A stretch of DNA of 56,981 nt, taken from Alloascoidea hylecoeti. Taxonomy: Eukaryota. The DNA is taken from assembly GCA_001600815.1 (NCBI GenBank), contig BCKZ01000002.1:825454-882434 (forward strand). The letters run 5' to 3'. A program made the translations under genes and the position numbers. Position 1 is the first letter of the stretch, and every line of letters begins with the position of its first letter. Under the pieces are notes generated by a model. It was not told the DNA's origin and ran no database searches. It saw only the letters and a program-made list of their open reading frames with translations. Shown here one piece after another: positions 35,108-47,648 of this stretch.

Positions 35108-38100
35108 AATAACATTTTTTCAATTTGGATTATGATTGGCTTATTGATTTTCGGGAACTCAAATGTAAGAGTACAAAAGAATACAAAAAATATATATGAT
35201 ATAATATATATGTATATCATTTTGGTGTTATTCTTAAGGTGGGGTTTAAATTTTTTTTTCTTTCAATATAGCAGTTTTTTTTAATTAAGTATATTAGATC
35301 TTTACATTCTTCTGCAACTGGAGTTTGCATTTGCTTCATATTTTATTTTTACTTATTTATTTTTTCTTATTTTTTCTATAGTTATATATTATCTATATAC
35401 ATGTTCTATAATTATAAGTTTAAATGTATACTGGTATATTTCAAATTCTATTCTTTTATAATTCTAAGTAATATTCTATTCATGTATCAGCCAGCGCTGT
35501 AAGATAGGGCAATAAGAAAAATTTGATCACATGCATACTATATTAATATCCTTCTAATTTACTTACTTCATAATTACTGGAGATACTGTATTATTTGGTT
35601 ATTACTGTACGTTAAAGCCAATGAACTACACATATCTATATATAGAAAACTTAATTACAATGAAGTAATACATCCTTTTAAATTTGGATATGTTTATTAT
35701 AACATAAGAGCTTAATCTGGTATATAGATTAGTTTAATTACAGTAGATCTAAAGGCGATGTTTTTAATTAACATTAATTAAGTTATAACCCACGAATCGT
35801 TTAAGGGAAGGACTAACTAACGCCGCTCAACTATACAAAAATACTAAGTAAAATATCCTATTTAAGATGGGTATTGTTTTTCGACTTTTTATGAGCCTTT
35901 CATCCTTGGAAGAAGGAGTAGTCAAAAATATTCTTAACATGATTGTCAAGGCTTATATTGCATTTGTGCTGCCATTATCATCAACGGAGATGCAGTTATA
36001 TTTGTGTAATTAATGCCTTCGATTCGAAAATCTTCTCGCGATACTTGTAGATTTGAAACTCACTCTTTGTTTTCAAGCTACTCAACTATGCATTGTTATT
36101 ACAATTTTACAAGAGTATTTGTATCTTGTTGTTGTGATGTCAATTGATTTTTCTTGGAATCTGGGTTGGTTGTTATTACCACTCGGTCATACAAGATCGA
36201 AAATATATCAAGCGCTTTGGTAAATTATTATTCATTCAGTTCTGATGACTATGCTATGTGACACTAATAAAGCTTAAAGAGAGTCTGAAAGGATATATTG
36301 AACAAAACACCAATGGTCATACTGCGTCTACCACACCTTCAAATTTCTCTCAAATAACTTTCAAGGTAGAAGAGAAATCCGAAAAAACTTGATCTCCAGA
36401 AAGCAGCATTTTCTAAGCAGTGAAGCAATTACAATTCATACGAGAAGTTTGTTAAAGTTCGCTTCCCGATATTTACTCTTCACAAACGATGTCGCGTTAT
36501 AGCTGATCGGCAAGTGTACCTTACAACAATGAACAGTCTCTGTCAGCTGAGAAAGAGCAATATAGTTGGAAAGGGTAGTTATTTTCTTAGCTAAATCTAT
36601 ATTTATTGCCTATTTGATACTTAATGGCTGACGAACCTGTTGAGGAACCCGTCGCAAAAACACCAGGCACGAGAAACTATTAGTAGTGACAGAATGATGA
36701 ACTATAGCTAGCAATAATTTTGTAGAAGTTTCAATTGTGGATTCTACCGCAAATTTCTTCTCGGAGTTCGGCACTTGTTAGATCGAAGTGTTCGGTGTGT
36801 GTTTGGATATTATTTCAGCACACCGTGGAATTGTAGTTCGGTGTATGGTTTTATATATAGTGGTTCATTTGAGTAGAGGTTTGGCTATTGTAGAAGATAT
36901 TAATTCGCCATTTTTTAATATGACAATGGGCATGTTTCTGAGATAACAGTGGGGTGATTAACTGAAATAATCCAATTACGTACTAGCTATAGAGGTTCAA
37001 AAAAGGTTCGTTCTCGGTAGTAGTAGTCGTACCTTGATTACATATATGATTTGACCGTTGTAAAAGAAAAATGTTGCCATCGGTGATGTTTGTGAATTCA
37101 AAAAACGAAAAATATGAAAACCTGAATAATTGTTAACGTTAATAGGATTCCGAAATGAATAGTGGATTTATTCATTCACAATTAATGGAGTCTTTGCTAA
37201 TTCAAACCATAGCACCATACAGACTCTCTACTAAATGATCTTCAAATGCTACCATGACCATATATCCATAGACACAGTAATATACAGAGTATATCAAATT
37301 CAGTATATCAATTAAATAATTATGCCAACATTACTAGGAAGTTTAGTAGGAATAACCAAAGATTATTATAGCCAATCACTCAACCGTTTTATGTCAAAAA
37401 CATGCCAAACATTTGTGTATAAAATGAATGTTACCATATTTAAAAGTATCGAATTAATGTTTTCTATAGTGACTAAATTCAAACTCAATTGGGTCACTAA
37501 ATTAAGCGGGACAAAATACTCAAATAGTAACCCAAACAAATATCTTTTGTCCCTGAGAACGAACCTTTAATTCCACCTTGCGCCGAAATACCCCCACACG
37601 CTGACTATATTCCTATCCAACAGGTACCGAACTCCGAGTGGAAATGCTCTCCAAATATGGGACAGTGGCTGTTGTGAAAATCTAAAGATGCCTTCACTTA
37701 ATAACTAAATAAGAACTCCTATCAATCGTGTAAAACCTATATGTATCTTTAACTACATATATATATATATATATCAATTTATATTTTAAAAATTCGAACA
37801 ACATAAGCATATATAAAAAATACTCGAAGGCCACCATTTCAATCTATGCTCACATTGCAATTAAATTACATAGTGAGCTTTGCGAGTACAATTTGATGAG
37901 CTTGAGGGTTTTACTTTGAGGGAAAAAGTTGTGACACGCTCCGCTAACTTCAAGATCTAAAATCCTTTTTCATCTATCTGTATTACAAATTTGATATGGA
38001 AGATGGGCGTTAGCACTATATCGTATCGTTACATCCCATATCCCAGGGTTCTTAAAACTATTAATATTATCAATTTATTATGGTATACACTTATGGAAGA

Positions 38101-38494
38101 CTCCAAAAACGATCCTTCTTTTGTACAGGGTAATATCGTCCTTCTAGGTGATAGTATTCTGGGTCTAGAATACTAGCCATATAGTCTGTTATTGAGATTG
38201 GAAAGTTTAACACCTACTCGTGGACTGAATATTAAGTTTTATATTTCAATAACTTCAGAATGATTCTTTTAAACAGTTTATAATTATAGTTAGGTTGCCT
38301 TACGGTAGCCCAGAATGAGCTTGAAAACCCAAGTTAACATCTTATTCCAAGTAGTCAGTAATATTGAAGAAGAACCCTCAAGAGAATAACGTAACTCTCT
38401 TCGTTTAGCTTGTTTAAACTTAATTAATCCATGGTCCGGACATATGCAATAGTGCAGCGTTATACCACATTTGGTAGAACAGTAGAATGTATAT

Positions 38495-38590
38495 GCATAT
38501 GCTCATAAATCTAACAAGAAATCCACTTGCGAATCCTGTGGAATTGCAGGCCACTCGAGAAAATCATCCATATGCGTATATATGCATTAG
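38495..38590 (+). mobile_element. Possible transposon remnant: CCHC zinc-knuckle fragment
   Basis: Reads AYAHKSNKKSTCESCGIAGHSRKSSICVYMH* (C-x2-C-x4-H-x6-C) in a broken frame, like the C-terminal knuckles of fungal pogo/Mutator transposases. Confidence 0.4.
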
Positions 38591-39366
38591 TAAAATATTC
38601 TAAAATTACTCAAAAAGTCAAAATGAAGTTGATGAAAGAAAGAGTCTTAAATATGTTCAGGGGATTTCTGCTGAGGATATTTGAACTTGTCACATTTGAA
38701 TAATTTTCCGATTGTGAATTAGATTCTGATTTGTCACATGAAGCTGGGTCTTTGGAGAAAATGTCTTTTGATACCTTTTTGGAACCATTTCCTTGAGAAC
38801 AATGAATTTAATTCAATAAGCAACCAAACACTATTACTGACCAGTGACCATTAACATCATTAACAGGTTATTTACTAGCTTCTGCGGTCACATGATCTCC
38901 TAAATGTTTGGCGATTGCTATCAGCCGCCCTCCCCATTCTTTTATTAGAGTATCGTAATTCGTGACAACATAAAATAATGTCAGTGTTTTACTGTGCAGC
39001 TACAGATGTAATTTATTATGTAAATTCCAAGCCTGTTATTCAACCATTATATTGTTATATGTATTATAATAGAATATTCTACAAGGACCATACTTTAATT
39101 TATGGCTCTTTCGAGGATAATAATACTTTGCTTGCCATTTCCATTTCCAATTCCATTTATCTTTTGATATTGTTTATTATAACTAAGTTTTTTCGAATTC
39201 ATTAGCCAGATTCGTCAAGAACACAAAGGAAAACATCCTTTCGCCCGTCTATCTTTTTTTTTTTGATCTTCTTTTGAATTTATACCATTATTCATCTATT
39301 TATTTGTATTGTTATATCGATTTTTATTTATACTTCTTTGTGTTACGTTTCATAAAGAAATACAGT

Positions 39367-42300
39367 ATGAGGAAACCGGCTAAAGGTATTTTTGATGCTT
39401 TTCTCAGGTCAAATTTAAAGTCAGGAAAGGCCGATACAAATATTACTGTAAGCACAATTGTACCAACACTTTATGGTCGGCGTTACTAACTAACATGTCT
39501 ATCTAAAAGGCTAGCTCTACTTTCTCTTTGAAAGATAAACCAACAAAAGACAGGTATAAATCACTAAAGGTAAATATAAATCATCTCACTTTTTCGATAC
39601 GAAACATTAACCTAATAAATACTTATTCATTCAGTCCAAAATATCGAAACACCTAGGAGATAATCTCCATATTTCTGATGATATCCTTTTAGCTGCTTTA
39701 CATTCAGATTACGCAAACGGTGATTCCGAACTTACTTATGAGTTCACGCGTTTCATTCAGCTAGCTATGAATGGCTTTGTAGTTAGTACCAACCCAACAG
39801 ATAAACGTGGTAATAAAATAAAACTTTCAGGTGCTGATAATTGGAATTCAGTCTCATGTTATATCGACTCGGTCTTATTTGCAATGTTTGCAACTCTAAA
39901 CTCATTTGAACCGATTATGGCTAATGTTCAGGAATCTTCGATAACTGAAGGAACTTCTGAGGATGATCTTGAAATTATAACCAATAGGAATATGCTCATC
40001 AATATACTGCGACTATATGTGAGTCTACTACGATCTGGGAAAAAAATAACAACTGACATTACTGAAGCTCTTTGCAACGTCCTGGCCAAAGCTGGATACC
40101 CTGACGCTATATCAAATCAACAACAAGATGCCGCTGATTTATTTAATTTTTTAACGGAAATTCTTCAAATGCCACTATTGACGCTTAAACTTAACATTGA
40201 ACATGGTGGTAAAGAGGAAGAAATGGTTGATCATAAAACTGTGAAAGAACGACTATTGTACGTTCCGATACCTGAGGATAAGGATGAAGAAGGTCCTATT
40301 TTACTTGAAGACTGTTTAGAAACTTATTTTTCTGATAAAATTCAGGTTAAAAGACACCTTAGAAGAGGAACTATTGATTCAAATATGACAATTCCTACTT
40401 GGATAAAGCACTTGAAGGGTTTAGATCCTGAAAACCAATTTACAGATTATGAAAAACCTTCAGTCAATACAGAAGAGAACTGTGATGACTTAACAGCAAA
40501 TACAGAAACAAATAACGCCCAAGATGAAGCTGATGTAAGGACACTACTTTCTAATTCTGATATAAATAGACGACATTCAAATACAGAGAAACAGATTTTC
40601 TCGGATGACTCTTCTGTTTCAGAAATATATTTAGGGATAGCTCAAAACCTCGAGCAACCACAATCAAAACCTCGATCTGACTCAATTGAAGGAACATATT
40701 CTAGTGCTAATATGCACGAACTTAACAAACAACTAACATTCATTGCACCAGAAAAAGAGTTCGACACTGGATCTGGATCCGGATCTGGATTTAATTCTCA
40801 AATTGTCGATAGTAAGGAGGATACCAATGAGACCTATATGAAAAAAATTGAACCTCAATCTCAACCTGACCCAGCTGTAACCCAAGAAGTGTATTTTGGT
40901 AACCATGAAGTTAGCAAGCATTTAAAATTTTCTGTACTAGAAAAGGATTCCGACACTGAAACAAAGTCTGGGACTTTAGATAGTAAGGAAGATACTCTTA
41001 CATCAAAATCAAAAAGTCGTCTCTCCAAAGAAGTAACTCTACAAGCCTGGTCCTTTATGCAACTTTTACCATTTTACACTGACATTGATAATGAAGTATC
41101 TTCAGCTAAACATTTTGCTTCCAAAAATCCAATTATCGTGATTTGTTTGAAACGTTATGTCTGGTCAGGTGAAGAATTTAAACGCAATGCGAGGAAAGTT
41201 TTAATTCCAAGTGAGATAAACTTTTCCAATTTTATTGCTGAAGATGGAATTCATTCCGAAAACAGTTACGAATCTTTGATGGTAACGGATTTTAAACTTG
41301 TGCTTGAAAGTGCAATCTGTCATCGTGGCCAGAGCATGAAAAGTGGCCATTTTATCTCTCTAGTTGCAGATAGAAGCAAAGGAACAGAGATATGCTGGTT
41401 AAAATATGATGACTTAACTAAGCGTGGTGATAAAGTCGAAGGAGTTGATTATGATAAATTTATGAATGAAGAAATGCCATACCTATTATTTTACAGGTTA
41501 GTTGGTGACACACAATTAAACGGCGCCAACTTAAGCTCAAATGATCCTAGTGATTCTAAATTTTTGTTCGATGATGAGAATGAAATTCCTGCTTTTTATC
41601 AGGCTGATACTACGGATCCCCCCAATCCAAAAGTGAATGAAGAGATAACAGTGGATAATAACTCTAGCCCATTAACTCATTGTATGGAACCAAAACACTC
41701 TAAAGAAATAGACCCTTTGGGTATATCAGTTCAGACAGTATCGGATCCAACTTCCGATCCAACCAAAAAATCAAAAGAATTCAAAATTTCTAGATTTTTT
41801 GGAAAAGATAGAAGAAAGTCATCAGATAAACTAGCTATAGAGGAAGAAATAGATCCTGTTGAAAATTTTTGGTGGAATTCATGGAATGAAGATGGAGAAT
41901 TTGCAACTGGAAATGAAGGTTTACAATTGATCAAAAATAAATGTTCAAAACGTGCTGAGCATGGACAGAATTTATTCATGGATGAGAAAAGAAAGTCTAA
42001 CGAAGGAAATATTTCTTCTGATTTGGGGATGTCTCCAAATAGTGATGATACATTGGTGAATGAAGTTGAAAAGACTTCATTGGTCACTAATTTTTTTAAT
42101 TCCTTTAATATAAAGGGGAAACCTAGTATAGCTAAAGATTTGTCAATTACAACCAAAACAGACAACAAATCTAACGACAATTGGAGTATCTCCTCAAACG
42201 ATTCTATTCGAATTGCTAAACCGACGAAAACAGCAACCAGAAAGAAGAGCACTACATTTTTATCAAAACTTGGTATAACGAAATCCAAACCACAATTACA

Positions 42301-42667
42301 GGAGTCTGTACACAAAGTTGAACCATACGAACTTACGCTTCCTGTTTATAACCAACAGCCTGAGTTTATTGTTGAACAGAATAATCTGGGAAGCTCAATT
42401 CCCACTTGCAGCCTGAACAATAGCGCACACTCATACGAATCAGCTTCGAACTCATCGCAAAATTCACCGAGTTGTAATACCAATGGCAGTTCACATAACA
42501 TTAACTGTACAGATAGTCCACCAACTACTATAACTAGCAATCTAGAAGGATCGTCAGGTACGTATCCAAATAAACATGAGACATCAGACCCTTACAGTGA
42601 ACTATTGCAAGGAGAAAATACAAAAAAAGGAGAAAAGTATAGACAGGATAAGTGTATTATTGTTTAA
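39367..42667 (+). CDS. USP-family (peptidase C19, CYLD-like) deubiquitinase with C-terminal CaaX (~1057 aa, 3 exons)
   Basis: Cys box NSVSCYIDSVLFAMF, QQQDAADLF, His box LESAICHRGQSMKSGHFISLV and WLKYDD; ends CIIV*. Exons 39367-39447, 39510-39569 and 39635-42667 join in frame via GTAAGC and GTAAAT...AG introns. Confidence 0.85.
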
Positions 42668-42874
42668 GGGGGTTAAAATTTATTTTATGTTTCATTTATT
42701 AGTATTTTATATTTTTATTTTCATTTATGTTCTAATTATTTATTTTTATGTATGATAAATAAATCAAACGGATGGGAGGATGTTTTGTGCTTTTTAAATT
42801 AAATTTCCGTTTCCTCCATCACCATTAATTAATATTTACACGGTGTTTAAAATTCAAGATTTATAATTGAAGAA

Positions 42875-44016
42875 ATGTCTGATTTCCAACAGTATGCTCA
42901 TTTTATTTATTTATCCTCCTGAATGAATAGAAACTGACTCATTCATTATAGGTTCCTGATGCAGATTCCACACATAACCAGATCACTGGTTATCGGATCA
43001 GTAGGCATCAAGGCAACTTCTGCATTACATTTGACGAGCGATTATCAAATGATGTGCTACTGGCCAGATGTTGTTTCGAAACTTCATATTTGGCGACCGC
43101 GTAAGTTGACAATTGCAAGAGTATATATCTTTTAAACTGGAAACTAATCATATCGATACACAGTAACTGCCTTTCTTTTACCATTATCACAACCTTTACA
43201 AGCACTAATGGAAATTTATATGAGTAAGTATATTCTAATTATGATAACGACCGCAGCGTATCTAATTATTCATTGCTAGTGTATTCATACAGTAAGGGAC
43301 TTGAAGAAAGCAAATTTCAAAATGTGACGGCAGATTATGCGAACTACTTGTTAATTGTTGGTTCTTTTATACACTCATTAACATATCTTCTCTCTAAATT
43401 GGAGGCATTTCAAGCCATCACGTTATCCTTATTTACACCTTTAACTTCTGCGTTAACATATACATGGTCAAGGGAAAATCCAGAGGCAAATGTTGTGTTT
43501 TATTTCCTTCAAATTAAGGCGAAATATTTACCTTTTGTTATTTTATTTTTCAGATTAGTTGTCGAAGGACAAACAAATACCGCTGCTTGCTTGATAGGGA
43601 TGTTGGCTGCTGTGTTTTACCAATGGTTAGATTTGGGCGGTGCCAATCCATTCACAACTGCTCCTCAAGCTAGGGCATCTTCTGGATATCGTGTTTACCA
43701 TAGATTGAATGAATCATCTGGAACACCAGTATCTACTACTACTGCAAGTGCACGCGGCTCTTGGATAAAAACACCGGATTTTTTATACAAGTTGCTTCCT
43801 TGGGGATCGACTTACGATAACAACTATAACTCATCTCGGGGCCAGGCGAGATCATTTGGGACTGCTTTTAAACCTGCAAGTGCTAACAGTAGTACTAGTG
43901 GATCAAAATCAAGGTTTGGTGGTACCCGAGCGAATCAATCAACTTCAACGTCTTCAGGTTCAAGTTTTGGTTCAAGTTTTAGATGGGGGAAAGGCCATAA
44001 ACTTGGTGATAAATAG
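42875..44016 (+). CDS. DFM1: Derlin (rhomboid pseudoprotease), Dfm1 type (320 aa, 4 exons)
   Basis: Exons 42875-42891, 42952-43100, 43164-43223 and 43280-44016 give QIPHITR, HIWRPL (WR motif), YSYSKGLE, YTWSRENP, IKAKYLP and a C-terminal SHP box FRWGKGHKLG. Confidence 0.88.
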
Positions 44017-44383
44017 TGAAATCGATTATGGTAATAATGTTAATTTGAAATTTATAAATATATGTATGCGTATGTTTTATATAACAATTGAAAACTTATT
44101 TTCCCTTTTCCTTTCATACCTTATTTTGGATATAATCATAAAAATCAAATGGAAATTAAGCGATAAAATAAATAGAAAGCAGACTTATAACTAATATAAA
44201 ATAATAAAGGTAATGAATATGTTTTTTATGCAGAATTTTCAAAGCCAGAAATAATAATAAAAGAAGGACAAAAACATTTCACAACCAAATTATATTATCA
44301 ATTTTATTTTTTTTTATCAACTATTACAATTTAATACAATAGCTGGAGCAGTGTGTATTCTTATTAGGCAAGTGTATCAATCT

Positions 44384-46840
44384 TTAAGAGATTGGTTTAC
44401 TCCTTTCATCAATGCTAACATCTGTCTTCAATTCCTCGTCAATATTGTCATTATTTTCTTCTTCAATCGAGAATTGTAAGAAAAATTGTTTATCGACAAC
44501 CCAAGTCATCCATTCGTCGATCCAACATCGAACAATCCACCATGCTCCGAATCCACTGCCTCCACTAAGGCTTATCTCTCTTAAAATGCTTGTTATTAGA
44601 TTATTTATGTGTAGCAAGACAACTTTAACATGAATTTTGGGGAATTTTAAAGGTATTGATGTCAAGAATTTCCCCCAATGAAGAACAACATCTTCTTGGA
44701 ATGAGAAATCTGGGGCTCGTTCCTCAGTTTTTATCCGGGAGTTATTTAATGAATTTGAATCAACTTCAGTTAATGCAGAACTAGTATTTTTTTTCTTCGG
44801 TGATGGTGTACTTGGAAGTAAATTTTTATTTCCAGCTGAAGGTAGTGTTTCGCTACCTTCATTTTCTTTGCCTATAGATAAATTCGAATCTATGCCAATT
44901 GTAATTTCATCCTTTTCAGGTGTTTTAATTCCACTTTTTAATATATTAATGACATCTTCTTGTAAAAGATGTAAAACCAACTGTCTTTTTTGACCTCCAT
45001 ATTTAAAACAAGAAAGTTCTCTTGATAATAATAAATTAAAATCAACAAGTTTTGTCCAATCATTAATCATTGATGCAACATCGGTTTCATTACTTAGAAT
45101 TTTACCAGCTGCTTGTGCTGTCTCATTAACTCTTATTAGACCGGTTACAAGATTTACAAAATCTTCAGCTAATTGTAATTTCTTTGTTTTAATTTTTTTA
45201 ATGATAGCTGGGGTTATTAAAGGATTCTGTTTTTGCAATTGATTAAATGTTGTTGTAAATATTTTTTCCAAATTGTCCATTTGACATCCAGCCATACTTT
45301 GTAAGGCACTAATTACATTTCCTGGTACGATCTGTAAAGCTAATGGTGATAACATTTGAAGCATTTCTTTATACATTTGTAAATCTGCTGTTAGAATCCA
45401 ATCATCAATCCTATTTTCTTTTTCTTTTTCTTTTTTATTGCTATCATCATTATCTTTCAATAGAATAAGGAGTAATTCTTTTAAAACCTCAATAAATGGC
45501 GAGTCAATCTGATAGAAAGATTCAATATTCTGGAAAAACTTTTTAATATGTAAAAACCTCATTGATTCTATTAATTCTTTACAATGTTGTGAATAGATTT
45601 CATAGATAGTTTTTAAAGATTCTTTACTTGCCGATTCTAACAGGTTTTGTGAGAGGAAATCTTCAATTGGGGTTAATGATATTGGATGAATAATATATGG
45701 TTTTATAGTAACTTCTGTAAAGTCTTCCGATAGTTCAACTTTTGGTGTCATATCTATTATATGCGAATAAAATGGTTGTATATCTTCGTCATCTTCAACA
45801 TGATCATGAGGAGATTGTGGATTTTTCCCTTCCGAAGATGATTGCTCAAATATCGAATCAAAATTTTGGCTTGTATAATCATAAGGTAAATCAACTAAAG
45901 GTGTAGCATTCCGTGATTTCGATTGCTCTTCTGTTTGATTAAAATATGGAATATTATTGTCTATTAATTTAATACCACAATAATGATACTTTGATTGTCC
46001 CCTTGTACCTAATCTACGTGTAGTAATAGTTGGAAATAAACCCTTCACAAGTTTCCCAAAAGCAGCCTGACCAAGTGGTTTTAAAAGATTATTTGCACAA
46101 ACAGAAGCATACTTTGCAAATATCCGATTTCGTGGAACTGCTGCATCAGGATCATATACACAAGTTTGTAAAATGACTATTACTCCTATTAATTGTTTTG
46201 TACGTTCTTCTTGATTTCGGAGTTCCTCTTTATCTGATAATAGCTCTTCAAGTGGTGTGTTGACTAAAGATAATGCCATCTTTTTAAGATTATCCATTAT
46301 AGACTCTGATTTTGAACCACTACCATCCATTTTAAATCGTTTACCCCGATGAGGAGGAAGCGGAGAAGAAACACTTGTGTTATTTTTCACTATATTATTA
46401 GAATTGTTGTTTGAGTAATTTGGGACAGGTCCACTACCTCCAACATTTACATAATTTGGAGAGTTTGTAGTACTGATAGGCGAGCCTAAATACGAAGACT
46501 GGTTTTGGAAAGAAGCTTTCTCTTGGACCTGTTGGATCTGACGGGCAACATTTTGTCTATTGTCCATAGGGATTTGTAGTATATTTTGAGAAGAAGGGCC
46601 GGACTGGATTCTAGCCAGATTTTCATGAGCATACTCCAAACGTGCGCGGGGATTTTTCGTCCTACTGGTTGAGTGTGGAGTGATTACCTGGTTAATCCCA
46701 TAATTATAAGAAGTCAGAGTTGCGTTTTGATTTGTAGAACTTGATGGTGAATAAGTATTCCTGTCGTTATAAATTTCATTTCTCGTACCTTGCCTTAGAG
46801 CTGGATCTATGACGACTCCATTCTGCATGACTTGGTCCAT
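44384..46840 (-). CDS. RFX1: RFX-family winged-helix transcription factor
   Basis: RFX DNA-binding domain AVPRNRIFAKYASVC...GQAAFGKLVKGLFPTITTRRLGTRGQSKYHYCGIKL and the C-terminal REISLSGGSGFGAWWIVRCWIDEW motif. Confidence 0.93.
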   Translation of the reverse strand: MDQVMQNGVVIDPALRQGTRNEIYNDRNTYSPSSSTNQNATLTSYNYGINQVITPHSTSRTKNPRARLEYAHENLARIQSGPSSQNILQIPMDNRQNVARQIQQVQEKASFQNQSSYLGSPISTTNSPNYVNVGGSGPVPNYSNNNSNNIVKNNTSVSSPLPPHRGKRFKMDGSGSKSESIMDNLKKMALSLVNTPLEELLSDKEELRNQEERTKQLIGVIVILQTCVYDPDAAVPRNRIFAKYASVCANNLLKPLGQAAFGKLVKGLFPTITTRRLGTRGQSKYHYCGIKLIDNNIPYFNQTEEQSKSRNATPLVDLPYDYTSQNFDSIFEQSSSEGKNPQSPHDHVEDDEDIQPFYSHIIDMTPKVELSEDFTEVTIKPYIIHPISLTPIEDFLSQNLLESASKESLKTIYEIYSQHCKELIESMRFLHIKKFFQNIESFYQIDSPFIEVLKELLLILLKDNDDSNKKEKEKENRIDDWILTADLQMYKEMLQMLSPLALQIVPGNVISALQSMAGCQMDNLEKIFTTTFNQLQKQNPLITPAIIKKIKTKKLQLAEDFVNLVTGLIRVNETAQAAGKILSNETDVASMINDWTKLVDFNLLLSRELSCFKYGGQKRQLVLHLLQEDVINILKSGIKTPEKDEITIGIDSNLSIGKENEGSETLPSAGNKNLLPSTPSPKKKNTSSALTEVDSNSLNNSRIKTEERAPDFSFQEDVVLHWGKFLTSIPLKFPKIHVKVVLLHINNLITSILREISLSGGSGFGAWWIVRCWIDEWMTWVVDKQFFLQFSIEEENNDNIDEELKTDVSIDERSKPIS

Positions 46841-47648
46841 TTGGTAGTTAAAGTGAATAGAATCAGTAATGAGACATGAAATGATTAGTACCGTAATCGA
46901 GTTCCCGTGATATATATAGTATCTTGGTTATTCCGGGATTTCTTGATTGTGGAAAATTAGGAGGTTCTAATTTATTACTGAAAAAAAAAAATTGGGATTC
47001 ACAGGGCGTAGTCCAAAAGAACGAATTTGAATTAGTTGTTGATCGCGTTATAAAAGTGAGGAATGAATAAAACGGCGGAGGTCTGATTGTGGTCTAGTGT
47101 TAATAACTCCGGTTAGTTGATAAATTTTAGGATGTCTAAAAAAAAGTTCAAGAAAGAGAGACAGATGCAGATTATTCAGGAGAAACAGACAGAGCAGAGC
47201 CAATACGATGATACCATCAAATCACCATCCAACCCGGTCGGGTGTGAGACCAGCCTAGAAACCTCCACAATCTCGAGCCGAGCATCACCAACTGTGCCAG
47301 ATTATGAATGAGTCAATTGGGCAGGGGAGATAATTCTACTTACGGAAATCTTTTAGAAAAGGTTTGTGTTTGGGTAAGCACCTGGAGGTGTGAAGTTTGG
47401 AAAACCAAAACAGAAAAAGGAAAAAAGTTGTTGTCACACAGCTAATCTGGAACATCATTTATCACTATCATTAATACATAATAAACATAAAATAAATATA
47501 TTAAAAATATTGAGTATAATTACAAATTAAACAACTATTTAAATACAATTATATCATTAAAAAAAAAAAAATTAACGTAAAATAACAAAAAAAAATAAAA
47601 ACGTTTACTAAAATAGAAAATATAATATAAATATGCCAGGATTAATAA

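Noticed and set aside
37991..38176. Short ORF containing IVLLGDSI (SGNH block I or Harbinger-like)
   Set aside because: Only one short motif, no supporting downstream blocks and a non-ATG start.
41731..42315. 194-aa antisense ORF
   Set aside because: Lies entirely opposite the USP gene and has no motif; a typical shadow ORF.
47117..47311. 64-aa plus-strand ORF upstream of RFX1
   Set aside because: No motif; better explained as the antisense strand of the candidate RFX1 5'-UTR intron.
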